The notes beneath the pieces were generated by a model. The model saw only the letters and a program-made list of their open reading frames with translations, had not been told where the DNA came from and searched no databases. The position numbers and the translations under genes were made by a program. DNA of 63,119 nucleotides, counting the filler, from Chiloscyllium plagiosum (taxonomy: Eukaryota): assembly GCF_004010195.1 (NCBI RefSeq). It is 5 parts of one record of this genome, joined end to end, with 100 filler letters (N's around TTAATTAATTAA, not from the genome) between each part and the next. Parts side by side here need not be neighbours in the genome. Positions count along the whole stretch, not along the records: positions 1 to 15,930 come from NC_057710.1; positions 16,031 to 38,669 come from NC_057710.1; 3 more parts are not named here. One strand, 5' to 3'. Below are positions 13,716 to 25,639 of this stretch, one piece after another; the stretch's first letter is position 1, and the number at the start of each line of letters is the position of its first letter.

Positions 13716-14014
13716 ACTTTTTTTTTAACAGAGGTAGTTGTGGTGCCGAAGACCTGGCTGGTGCTGTGATTTTCCCCTAAGAGGGTATCCCTGCCAATAG
13801 TTTATCATACCCTGTCAATCATACTCTGCCTCCTTCATGTTCCTTAGTACCTTTAACTGCCACTTCAACTGATCCATATGGTCTGAGAGGAGCTGCATCC
13901 AGACAAACTTGCTACAGATCGAGCTGTCAGGGACAGTCGACTGCTCCCGATTTCCCACTTCCAATGAAAGAGCATACTGCTCCACTGAATGCCATCTCTG
14001 CTGCTTTAATAATA

Positions 14015-14862
14015 GTGATGTGGAGGTGCTGGTGTTGGATTAGTTGAGACAAAGTCAAAAATCGCACAACATAAGGTTATAGTCCAATGCTTCTTAAATC
14101 TTTAATCAATTAGCATGGAGCTGTAGGTTATGATTGATTGATGTGCAAATCTCAGATTTTTTTTCAAATCGCTGCCCTGAGACAGACAAGGTGCCTAAAA
14201 TACATTGTTTGAGTTGAGTTGAGTTGATAAACCCTTCCAAACCCATGAACACTTCATCTTGAAGGACAAAGGCAGCAGATACATGGGAACACCAACACCT
14301 TCAAGTTCCCTTCCAAGCCATTCACCATCTTGATTCGGAAATATATTTCTGTTCCTTCACTGCTGCTGGGTCAAAATCATGAATTCCTTCCCTAACTAAA
14401 AAAGTACACCGTCTTCGGGCTGTCAGTGCAGGTAGTCAATCCATGTAATATTTTATATATTCCATTTTGGAAGTGGAATCGGTTTGTTTCGAGATTCTAA
14501 CCTTGCACTTTGGGTACATTATCTGAGCTAAGATGTCACCTTTTTTTGTAGAACTTTGGGTTGTCTCAAGAGTCTAACTTGGAAGAGTTTGTGAGATTTA
14601 CATATTAGTGAACCAAAGCCTGCGACCCATTCTAAAAGATGAAAGAATTAGCAGCAATCGAGGTTTGTTCAATGTATCAGTTCAGTTGCATGACACTGTA
14701 ATCTTTTGCTATAAATTGTCTTATGGTCCTACTCCTCAGTTACGTGATAAAGGAGCAGTGCTCTGATAACTAGTGCTTCCAAGTAAACCTGTTGGACTAT
14801 AATGTGGTATTGTGTGATTTTTTAACTTTGTCCACCCTCGTCCAATACTGGCTCCTCCACAT
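14015..14862. mobile_element. Family-B Penelope-derived element with inverted termini and inserted LINE fragment
   Basis: 14015-14090 is the reverse complement of ~14790-14862; internal 14420-14790 resembles 19385-19770. Confidence 0.65.
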
Positions 14863-15137
14863 CAATCCTTCCGTTACGGCACTGAGGGTCAACCCACAGA
14901 AGGTGGACGAGAGTGGTTCAAGAAGGCACCTTCTCAAGGGACAGGCAATAAACACTGGCGAGCCAGTGACTCCTGGATCCCACAAAGAAACAAAAATATA
15001 TACTGCAAGGATTGTCTTGTACCTCCCACTACCTTAAGCAAGTGGGAATGTGTAATAAATGGTGGCTACATCCACGTCACATGAATTAAGTAAAAATCAA
15101 ATAGGTGAGGGCACTTCTTTTGTGTTGTAATTCATGA

Positions 15138-15930
15138 TTTTTTTTAAATAGATATTTTTATTAGAAATGTAACATTTTTACAAGTTTACAAAAATAAACA
15201 AAACTCTCATATAAACATTGATATACAATTAGTTCAAATATACAATAGCCAAAATTTAACAAAAAAAACAAAACAAAAACAAATAAAAAAAACAAAAAAA
15301 GAAAAAAAAAACAAATAAAACTCAACTATCTACTAATCTAACCTACAACTAACCAGAGTGTATATTTAAGTCTCTCACATGCTCGGAATGTGTTAACATC
15401 AGATGTAATAAAACCCGTATTTGTGCGGGATTCCTCCCCCGAGGGGCCCCGGACCAGCCAGGTTTGTGATCTCAATTAAATAAAAGCCCTTGTTAGGATA
15501 GCCGAAATATCTGTATTTATGTAATTCAAGAAGGGCTGCCATATTTTATAAAATAATTCGGTCTTTCGGTGCACCATATTTGTAAGGAAGTCAAGGGGAA
15601 TACATTCCATAATAAATCTGTGCCAATTTGAAAGTCCAGGGGGGCCCTCCGCCACCCAGTTCATCAAAATATTTTTCCTTGCACAGAAAGAAAGAATAGA
15701 AAATAGTCTCTTCCCGTACGTGTCCAGGGAGGGAAAGTTCGAAAAGCCCAAGAGGAGAGATACGGGGCCCACTTTTATTTCCGTTCCTAAAATTTCTGTC
15801 AGGGTACTTGCTACTATAGTCCAATTTCTACGGATCTTATGACAGATCCATAGACAATGTACAAGAATGCCTACCTCTATTTTGCATTTAGGACACATTA
15901 GAGATGCTCCTGCCTTAAACTTTGCCAATC
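15138..15930 (-). mobile_element. L1-clade LINE 3' end (ORF2 C-terminal CCHC region, 3' UTR, polyA)
   Basis: CPKCKIEVGILVHCLWIC..ARKNILMNW..FYKIWQPFLNY (15476-15928); minus-strand AATAAA and polyA near 15138-15162; cut by a gap. Confidence 0.85.
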
Positions 15931-16030
15931 NNNNNNNNNNNNNNNNNNNNNNNNNNNNNNNNNNNNNNNNNNNNTTAATTAATTAANNNNNNNNNNNNNN
16001 NNNNNNNNNNNNNNNNNNNNNNNNNNNNNN
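15931..16030. other. Artificial scaffold spacer (N45-TTAATTAATTAA-N43)
   Basis: Identical 100-nt pad recurs at 38670-38769, 56578-56677 and 59845-59944; the 12-mer gives stops in all six frames. Confidence 0.95.
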
Positions 16031-16760
16031 AATTTGAAAGTTGAGTACAGGATTAAGGATAGGATTCTTGGCAGTGTGGAGTAACAGAGGGATCTTGGTG
16101 TGCAGGTACATAGATCCCTTAAAATGGCCACCCAAGTGGACAGGGTTGTTAAGAAAGCATATGGTGTTTTGGCTTTCATTAACAGGGGGATTGAGTTTAA
16201 GAGTCGTGAGATCTTGTTGCAGCTCTATAAAACTTTGGTTAGACCGCACTTGGAATACTGTGTCCAGTTCTGGTCGCCCTATTATAGGAAAGATGTGGAT
16301 GCTTTGGAGAGGTTTCAGAGGGGGTTTACCAGGATGCTGCCTGGACTGGAGGGCTTATCTTATGAAGAGAGGTTGACTGAGCTCGGACTTTTTCATTGGG
16401 GAAAAGGAGGAGGAGAGGGGACCTAATTGAGGTATACAAGATAATGAGAGGCATAGATAGAGTCGATAGCCAGAAACTATTTCCCAGGGCAGAAATGGCT
16501 AACATGAGGGGTCATAGTTTTAAGCTGGTTGGAGGAACGTATAGAGGGGATGTCAGAGGCGGGTACTTTACACAGAATTGTGAGAGCATGGAATGCGTTG
16601 CCAGCAGCATTGTGGAAGCAAGGTCATTGGGGACATTTAAGAGACTGCTGGACATGCATATGGTCACAGAAATTTGCAGGGTGCACACATGAGGATCAAT
16701 GGTCAGCACAACATTGTGGGCTGAAGGGCCTGTTCTGTGTTGTATTGTTCTATGTTTTAT
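16031..16760 (+). mobile_element. CR1/HER1 LINE 3' end
   Basis: LYKTLVRPHLEYCVQFWSPYYRKD; RGDLIEVYKIMRG; tail GAAGGGCCTGTTCTGTGTTGTATTGTTCTATG. Confidence 0.9.
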
Positions 16761-18789
16761 AAACAGATTATATGATCTTCTAAACCACTGAATAACATAC
16801 TCTTCATTGTCTTTTTATTGGGACTTAACAACACTCTTGTTAATTTTATATTGGGTTATATACATTTATAGCAGTTAAATGAAGTATGTTACCAAGCTTT
16901 ATGACCGACAACCCAATTGAGGATATATTTCATTGAACACATTGTTTATACTCTTTTTTTAATTCTTTACTTGCTTCCATTCAAATTAAATATATCTGCA
17001 TGAGACATGTTGCACCTGGCACCTTTTAGATACGTGATGTGAAAATCTTTCTGACTTGAGTTGTAATTTTCCTTCCTTATTGCATTGTTCCTGTTTTAAC
17101 AACTGCAGTTTTCCCAACTATTCAACTGTTTATTTTATCGAAATAAAATTACATCTCAGATGATCGTTACAAAAGCACAAAGTTCATTAATTCTATACAG
17201 TTTAGAATGGATGAATTGAAATGGAAGTGCTGTAGCTATGTAATTAGCACAGAGAAGGGCCTCTTACCAGACTGTCCATACCCAGCTGCGTCTCAATTCT
17301 TTCTGCAGGTAGTGGGTGTGGCTCCTACACCCCCCTCATCAGTTTGCAGACTATTTCATCTGAAGGGAGAGTATCAAGCTTGGAAATTACACTACTGCCG
17401 CTATGACAAATGTGGTTGAGGATTTGGTAAACCGATCAGGGAAATTACAGCTCAGAGTACTTATGAGATCAGAGTTAGGAGAGTGAAAGCCATAAAATGG
17501 TCAGTGGTCCTAATTCAGCTGGAGAACTAGAGAGGGTAAATCTTGGCTTTGACTACATTAGAATTTCCAATTATTCAGGTGGATCCCAGAATCTCTAAAG
17601 TTGATTTTAGAGTTGCAAGTTAGTTAATCTAAAATCTATCAGACATTTCAATTAACCTCCATTTCCGTTGCATTGGAGCTTAGAATTTTTAAAAGATTCA
17701 GTCATGGGGTATGGGCACCTCTGGCTGGGCCAGCTTTTATTGCCCATCCCTAATTGATAAGAGAGCAATTAAGAGTGAATCACATTGCCATGAGTCTGGA
17801 ATCACATGTACACCAGACTAGGTAAAGACGACTACAGATTTTATTCCTAAAGGATATTAGTGATCCAGATAGGTTTTTCTGACATTGACAATGATTTTGC
17901 AGTCATAGAGATGGAGAGCATGGAAACAGACCCTTCAGTCCAACTCGACCATGCCCCAGACATGCCCCTCGTCCCATTTGCCAGCATTTGGCCCATATCC
18001 CTCGAAGCCTTTCATATTCATATACCTATCCAGATGCCTTTTAAATGTTACAATTGTACTAGCCTCCACAACTTCCTCTGGCAGCTCATTCCATACATGT
18101 ACCACCCTTTGCATGAAAACGTTGCCTCTTGGGTCCCTTTTATTTTTCCCCTCTCACCCTGTACCTATGCCCTATAGTTCTGGACTCCCCCACCCCAGGG
18201 AAAAGATCTTATCTATTTATTCTATCCATGCCCCGCATGATTTTATAAACCTCGAAAAGGTCACCCCTCAGACTCCAATACTCTAGGGAAAATAGCCCAG
18301 CCTATTCAGCCTCTCCACATAGTTCAAACCCTCCAATCCTGGCAATATCTGTGTAACTCTTTTCTGAAGCCTTTCAAGTTTCACAATATCTTTCCAATAG
18401 GAAGGAGACCAGAATTACATGCAATATTCCAGAAGTGGCTTAACCAATGTCCTGTACAGCTGCAACATGACCTCCCAACTCCTATACTCAGTGCTCTGAC
18501 TGATAAAGGAAAGCATGCCAACTGCCTTATTCACTATCCTACCTACCTGTGACTCTATTTTCAAGGAGTTATGAACCTGCAATCCAAGGTCTCTTTGTTC
18601 AGTAACACTCTGCAGGTCCTTACCTTTAAGTGTATAAGTCCTGCTCTGAATTGCTTTTCCAAAACGCAACACCTCACATTTATCTAAATTAAACTCCAAC
18701 TGCCACTCCTCAGCCCATTGGCCCATCTGATCAAGATCCTGTTGTACTCTGAGGTAACCTCCTTCGCTGTCAGACCTCCAATTTTGGTC

Positions 18790-19808
18790 AATGATATGGA
18801 GGAGTTGGTGTTGACTGGGGTGGACAAAGTCAAAACTCACACAACACCAGTTTATCATCCAACAGGTTTATTCAGAAACACAAGCTTTCAGAGCGCTACT
18901 CCTTTCTCAGGTACAGAGGAACCTCGATTATCCAAACGAGATGGGCAGGCACTATTTTGTTAGGATGATTGATTATTTGGTTTGATTCATGCCTCTCCTC
19001 TGGGGCTCGGAGTTTTCTGAAGTTAACTTTTTCCTCACTCTGCCTGACTTGCGTCCTCTGTCTGTCTCAGGGTTTGTTTCTGAACAGACACACGCTTGTG
19101 TGTAAGGGACCTGTGGCATTGCTGAAGTCCCCCTCCCCCGCCCTAATCAGTTCAATGGGATTGACACAGTGAGCACTTGCTAATTCTGCTCCCCATTCAG
19201 GAGACTAGTTCACAGCACACTGCGTGAGTCCGCACTCCCATCTACCCCCAACCTGTCCCATACGACCCCCCCCAAACCCATCCAACCACACCCCTGCCCA
19301 CATTCCACCAGCCTTGTCCATGCTTCTGCCGACCCCCTGTCCGTTTACAGATACATTCTGCTTTGCTCAAAAAATACACAACCAGTAGGTAGTCAATGCA
19401 GACAGTCAAAATTATAATATTTTGTAAATTCCACTTTGAAAATAGAACCAGTCTGAGTCAAGATTGGGATACAGACATACACACACCTTTAATACATTTT
19501 CTGAGGTGAGATGTCACTTCTTGTATAAAACCTTGACTTCTCTTGAGAATATGATTAAAAGAAGTTCTGGGATTTACATATTAATGAACCGAAACCTGTA
19601 ACTTCTTTTAAAAGATGAAAGACTTAACGACAATCGAGGTTTGTTAAATATAACATTTTATTTCCATGACACAGTAATCTTTTGGTAAAGATTCTGTGTT
19701 TTATAGTCCTACTCGACAACCGACTGAAGAAGGAGTGGAGCTCTGAAAGCTAGTGCTTCCAAATAAAACTGTTAGACTATAACTTGGTGTTTGTGATTTT
19801 TAACTTGG
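18790..19808. mobile_element. Family-B Penelope-derived element with inverted ends and nested DNA-transposon fragment
   Basis: 18797-18910 is an inverted copy of 19724-19806; hammerhead-like core CTGAAGA-AGGAGT-GGA-GCTCT-GAAAGCTA at 19724-19752. Confidence 0.7.
18913..19330 (+). mobile_element. Tigger/pogo-like (Tc1-mariner) MITE left end
   Basis: TA followed by CAGAGGAACCTCGATTATCC resembles Tigger-type TIRs; no matching right TIR found. Confidence 0.5.
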
Positions 19809-21158
19809 TCCAATTTTAGTGTCATCTGCAAACTTACTGACTATGCCTCCTATGTTCATATCAAAGTCATTTATGTAGATGATGAAAAGTAGTCCACCCA
19901 CCACTGATCCTTTATTTGATTCTTAATACTATATTCTCTATTGAATTTAAATTTTACCATCTGCCATGGCAGGCTTTGAATCAGGGTCCCCAGAACATTT
20001 GCAGAGTTCCTGGACAAATAGTTTAGCGATAATACCATTAGGTCAATGCCTCTGCATTCTGGGAAATTATTTGCAAGATGTCTTTCAAGACACCATGTGG
20101 GTTAAAAGTGAAAGCTCCTAAATTAGTGGGTGCAAGCAGATGGAGCTGGGGACTGCAGCATGGCTGTCGGCCCAAAGTAAAATCAAAGTTATTCCTGAGG
20201 TGTCCGCAGTCATGAAGTGCTTAAGGAATGTGATGAACGGCTGTTTTCTGGAAGCTTGTGGAAGGGTCCCGACCAGAGCAAAACTGAGGAAAATCAAAAT
20301 GAGTTCCTGAGAGCTGTGGCCCTTTGGTTTGGTCCCAGGAAGTGAAGAAACCTTTGAAACAGCCAAAGACTAAGGGGAAGCCATAAAAAAAAAAGAGCTC
20401 AATTGAGAATTTTAATTTAAAGTACATGTGATTGTGATATATTCACCTAAAATCATGTTTATTTGTTAGTGCTTGTTTGTTGTATTTATTGGCATGTTAA
20501 ATTAGTTTACTTTATCAGTGGAATCTTGTGTAACTTCTTTCAGTTGATCATCAGATTGAATATTTCGTTAAATATTAAGTCTCTGACAACATTGCAACAA
20601 CATATTTGTTTCAATTTTAAAGACTGCATTTTATGTAGGATTCATCTAGGCATTGGAAAGTTAAGAACGCAAGCAAGAGCAGATGTGGAAACATTGTTGG
20701 GTACAGTGCAAAAAGAAAACCATTTGCACAGTTGTTTTGCCTTTCTTTTGTTCAAGCAATACACTTCTCGCTATCTCTCCATTGCCCTTAATACTTTGTT
20801 CTATATCAAATAATTATCCAGTTTTCCCTTTTAACATGTCATGTCCTTGCCTCAATCCCTCTCCTTGCATGAAAACCCACTACAGCTAAAAATTTCACAT
20901 TGCCCTTATTATTTGAGACATTTTAAATTAGTAAATTCTTGTCATTGGCTCGACATCTAGAGGAAATTGTAATTTCATTTTTGTTCTATAACCATATTTA
21001 CTTATTGTGACAACTCTTGTTTTTTTAAGCTATTCTTGTTGAATGTAAACAGTTTCATTGGCTCAAATATCTTCGCCAAAGTACAGTTTGATATTCCTGG
21101 TATCATTCTCACAAACTTAAGTTTCTCAAAGTCTTTAAAATACCTTCACTGCCCAGAT

Positions 21159-21357
21159 ATGGAGATGCTGGTGTTGGACTGAGGTGTACAAAGTTAAAAG
21201 TCACACAACACCAGGTTATAGTCCGACAGGTTGAATTGGAAACACTAGCTTTCCGAGCGCTGCACAACACAGCCACCTGATGAAGGAGCAGCGCTCCGAA
21301 AGCTAGTGCTTCCAATTAAACCTGTTGGACTGTAACCTGGTGTTGTGTGATATTTAA
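21159..21357. mobile_element. Fold-back Penelope derivative, family B
   Basis: Inverted arms around a short spacer; 15-bp direct repeat CTTCACTGCCCAGAT at 21144-21158 and 21358-21372. Confidence 0.85.
21274..21308 (+). ncRNA. Minimal type-I hammerhead ribozyme motif
   Basis: CAC-CUGAUGA-A-GGAGC(AGC)GCUCC-GAAAGCUA-GUG: intact core, 5-bp stem II, loopless palindromic stem III (AGCU), 3-bp stem I. Confidence 0.7.
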
Positions 21358-21659
21358 CTTCACTGCCCAGATGTGACCAAAGCTATCTAGAGTACTATGT
21401 GTCCTCTCATATTTGGTACAATTTGAACATTACTTAACTTTTGTATTTGCTGTCCCTATTCTTAAAACCTAGTATGCTGTTGACCTTTCTTTAGTTGGTT
21501 TGTTTACCTAAATTTGCACTTGCAGAGAGATGTCAGCTTAACCCGATTCCCACTAACCTGCTGATCAACCAACTGTCCCACCTGGTCTCCATGTTATAGA
21601 TATTCTGATAAAGATATTCTCTCTGTTCTTCAAATGTGTTGACATCACCTCTCTTTAAA

Positions 21660-21963
21660 AATATTTTCCCACCTCTATGTCATCAGTAATCTCAAACTCT
21701 GCAATGTGGCCATATTTCATCATTGCAGTCAGGAATCTTACAATCACTTTGGAGCATGCCTGGATGAGAACCTGGTGTTTTGCATGTTTCTCAGAATTGT
21801 TGATGCTGGTAAGGGCATCGGCAAGAACGTTCATGTGCACCATGATGCTTGTAGGGGAACAGGAAAGGTTAGCACCGTTGCTAAGGATGGTGCTGATCCA
21901 GTGCAGATTACTGTTGGGTGATGCTGCAGACATCTTAACACTTGGTTAACATGGCAAAAGAGG
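21660..21963 (-). pseudogene. rps15a: Ribosomal protein S15a (uS8) retrocopy, 3'-truncated
   Basis: From ATG at 21843: [55 protein letters not shown] vs RPS15[56 protein letters not shown]; then a frameshift; TOP-like CCTCTTTT leader at ~21963. Confidence 0.92.
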
Positions 21964-24249
21964 CAATTTCTTCCTTAAAATCATCAGAAATGTTCCACTG
22001 TCTAAGAGTGTGGTGCTGGAAAAGAACAGTTGCTATTTTGTTTTGTTATGTTTTTTAAATTGTGCTGTTTTCCGATCTAACTTGTCTACATGTATAGATA
22101 ACATGGTCCTACTAATAACCGTTGTGTACATAACTTCTAAATAAGCAACAGGGTTTGCCCCTTTATTAACTGTCTATGAACCGAATTTCTACCAAACACT
22201 CTTGAAGATCTTTTCGTATGTCTTCCAATTATCCATATACACTTCAATGTTGCATCTGCTTGTTCATTTGAATAATTCTGAAAAATCACAATTCCGTTGG
22301 TGAAATATCAGTTGTCTTTCCATACATCCAAGCATTACTAAATATTCTCTCATTTTTGCCTTGACTTAATGATCCTAGAGGTTTGCTTGCCACTTTTGTT
22401 TTTATTTTTGCCCCGTTCAGTTTGCCTTCTTCTGGATGGAAATTTTATACTGGTAGCTTTCCAGTCCCACTGCACAATGCTTCTTCAGATTTGTTGGTTG
22501 AAAAACAGCAAAATTATCAATGTTTACTGTCAATGATTTGTGAAGCTTAGAAATCTTTGGACTTCACACCCATACAGCAAAATTCAAAAGTTCAAACTAA
22601 TTTCAGTATTCCCAATTCCTCCGCAGGTTGCACTGTTCAAGTCCTTACTGGCAGAAAACAAGTTAAAATCACTAAATTGTGCTGAGTTTCACATTTTGTA
22701 TCTTCTCTTTGTAAAAATCCCTCCAAAATGTTATGCCTTATTCAACGAAGTGTAACAAAATATTTAAAATGTATAATGCCGTAATTATTTCTGAACAATC
22801 TGTCTGGCTCTGAAAACTAATTTTGTATTTCAGGAGTGTAAAATCTATTCATTCCATGATTTTAAAAAATGCCTGTAGATTTTTAAAGTATGTTTATATT
22901 TCAGTTTTTACCTTCATTCTAATCTTAATCTTTATTTTGTTTTATATCATGTAAATGAATGCTTTTCTACATTAGTTACTTTACTCTGCTAATTGCTTTG
23001 TAAAGAAAAAAGATTAATTTCCGAGTATTGAAGTAAGGTTGGCCCTTAATAAATTTATTACTTTTAATATGTCTTCAGCATTCACTCAAATCACACGACA
23101 GTGAATGAATTTTTTTTATAAAAGAAAAAAACAAGGTAAATTATCTAAAATCTGAATTTAATTATGTTGGATCCGATGAGATTTAGTGCTGATAGATTTG
23201 TGCAATTCCCTTTTGCCCCTGTGCTATCATTTGAAGGAATTAATTCAAAGTGGCTAAACTTTGATTAATTATAAGAGTACCCTTTTAATTCAATTCTCCT
23301 ATGTTATCATTGGCATCCTTCTATCATCTATGATGATGGCCAGTTTTTTAAAATTCATTCATGAAACATGGGTGTTGCTGGTTGGCCAGCATTTATTATT
23401 ATGGCTCGCTGCTTTTGAGAAGGCAGTTCATCACCACCTTCAGATGGGAAGTTGAGGATAAGTACGTAAGAGACAGGAGCAGGAGAAGACCAGTATGGCT
23501 TATCAAACCTGCTCTGCTATTCAGTACGATCATGGTTGCTCTTGTCACTGACCCATCTGTTCCCTTCATCACTTGGTTTCCTGAGATACCAAAAATATAT
23601 CTATCTCAGCTTGATTCAGTAATGTGTATCCACAACCCCCTCAGAAATGTGAAAAGACTCAATCGTTTAGTCAAGTAACTTTTCCTCTTCTCAGTTTTGA
23701 ATGATTGCCCCTTCTTTTAAAACTGTGCCCCCTTGAGAGGCAGGGAAAACAATCTCTCTACCTCCACTGTGTCAAGCTGCTTAGTTATCTTCAGTACTCA
23801 TTTATGGTAGCGAGACTACATTCAGAACTCATTTATGGGCTTAATTTACTTCGGCTCTCATATTGGGACAACCCCCTCACCTCAGAGGTCAATCTAATGA
23901 ACCTTCTCTCTCCTGTCTGCAATGCAGTTATTTTCTTTTTTTATCTGGAAGAATCATGTCAGAAGCACATGATACCAGGTTATAAGCCAAGAGGTTTTTG
24001 AAATCACAAGCTTTTGGAGTGCTGCTGCTTCGTCATGTGAAGTGGAGAGAAGTGCACACGCACAGAATTCATAGGCAGAGAGTTCATTGCAAGATAATTT
24101 TGGGTTGTGGTCTGTAGTCCTTTCGGGATCTTCTCTGCTTTCTTGTATTTTTGCAGAAACTTGATTTCTGTGTCGTTAAGTGCGTTCTTTTTGGAGATCT
24201 TGTCCACTTTGGGCTAGCAGTTTTTGGTGTCAGTGGTAGCCATGATGAA

Positions 24250-24485
24250 TCATAGAATCCTAGCAGTGCAGACAAAGTCCATTGGGCCAGTTAAGATTGC
24301 ACTGAACTCCAAAGTGTGTCTCACCTAGACCCACCCCATCCATGTAACTCCATGTTTACCACAGCTAAACCATCTAGCCCACATGTCTTTTGGTCTGTGG
24401 GAGGAAACCGGAGCCCCCAGCACAAACCTACACTGGGCGAATGACTGTGTGGAGTTTTGCACAATTATCTGAGGTTGGATAAAAT
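24250..24485 (-). mobile_element. Degenerate HE1-type V-SINE
   Basis: GGAGGAAACCGGAGCCCCC V-domain remnant and CATAGAATC tail. Confidence 0.6.
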
Positions 24486-25216
24486 CATTATATTTTCTAT
24501 TTGACAGTCTACATGTAATTTTAGAACAGTTTAGTTGTTCTGTGGTCAACATTATTAATATTTCCTTTTTGAAATATTCTGTGCTTACTTAATGAATCAA
24601 TTTAATTTCCCCAGCTCTTATGGGATTTGAACTCTTTCTTCAAGATCATTAATCCAATAACATAACCACTATGTACTGTGCAGTGATTCAGAACACAATG
24701 GAACAATGGCAAAAGGGCCAGAAAATAAATTTTACTTGGCATAGTTTTAGCAATTTTAACATTTTTACTGTGTGGAGTTGAAGCAATGTATGAGTCACAC
24801 TAATTATAAGGAGGTGTGTTTCTCCAATTAGGTGTGGCACCAGTACACTTCACACCCGTAGTTCTCTGAAACAGCTGCAGGATATTTGCTTAATATTATA
24901 AAGAGGATTTAATTACATTCTGCATTTTGGCAGGAACAAACTGAGAACTGGGTACCATGCATGTGAATAGAGAATTATTTTTAGACAGGGTAGTTCTCGC
25001 CAGAGATGTAAGTCTTCTGAAATAAATAAGGAATTTGTGTTGCCACTATAATTTAGCCTGGTCTGAAAAAGGTATAATTAGATTGTCAGACAAAATGAGC
25101 TGATCATCTGATAATTTCAGAAATTAAGGAGTCTAACCAGAGTACCCTCTGCTGGTAATAACTAAAATAACAGCCCAATGAACCAAGGCACATCACATAA
25201 CATTGTAAAAAGGGAT

Positions 25217-25433
25217 GAAAATGTGTTGCTGGAAAAGCGCAGCAGGTCAGGCAGCATCCAAGGAACAGGAGAATCGACGTTTCGGGCATAAGCCCTTCTT
25301 CAGGAAGAAGGGCTTATGCCCGAAACGTCGGTTCTCCTGTTCCTTGGATGCTGCCTGACCTTCTGCGCTTTTCCAGCAACACATTTTCAGCTCTGATCTC
25401 CAGCATCTGCAGCCCTCACTTTCTCTCAAAGAC
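25217..25433. mobile_element. Fold-back Penelope derivative, family A
   Basis: ~85-bp near-perfect inverted arms centred near 25303; 13-bp direct repeat TGTAAAAAGGGAT at 25204-25216 and 25434-25446. Confidence 0.88.
25276..25303 (-). ncRNA. Minimal hammerhead ribozyme core
   Basis: Reverse complement CUGAAGA-A-GGGC(UUAU)GCCC-GAAACGUC with canonical GUC cleavage triplet. Confidence 0.6.
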
Positions 25434-25639
25434 TGTAAAAAGGGATCCTATTTTACACAAATTTGGAACAATTTGCCTGTTGGGTAATTTGAATCCTTTT
25501 AGTAATGTTGTATATTTGTCATCAGCAATTGTTTGAGGGTGACTCCTACTTAGTGTTGAGAGTTTTTATCATGGGTCTTCATGTTCCTGAACAGCTGATT
25601 ATGCATGTCTTTGGGGCACATGGGTCAAGACATCCCATG

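Larger units (their letters stand above)
17903..19910 (-). mobile_element. CR1 LINE 3' part, split by a composite insertion at 18790-19808
   Basis: WQLEFNLDKCEVLRFG..LYRTLVKPLLEYC; LINE resumes at 19809 (SKFADDT); TCCAATTTT is duplicated at both junctions. Confidence 0.85.

Noticed and set aside
15931..16030. TTAATTAATTAA motif recurring four times between N runs
   Set aside because: Assembly spacer with six-frame stops, not biology; order and adjacency across these pads are uncertain
17190..17310. Possible exon near ORF 17207-17419
   Set aside because: Weak splice signals and no similarity to UNC13 or any protein I recognise
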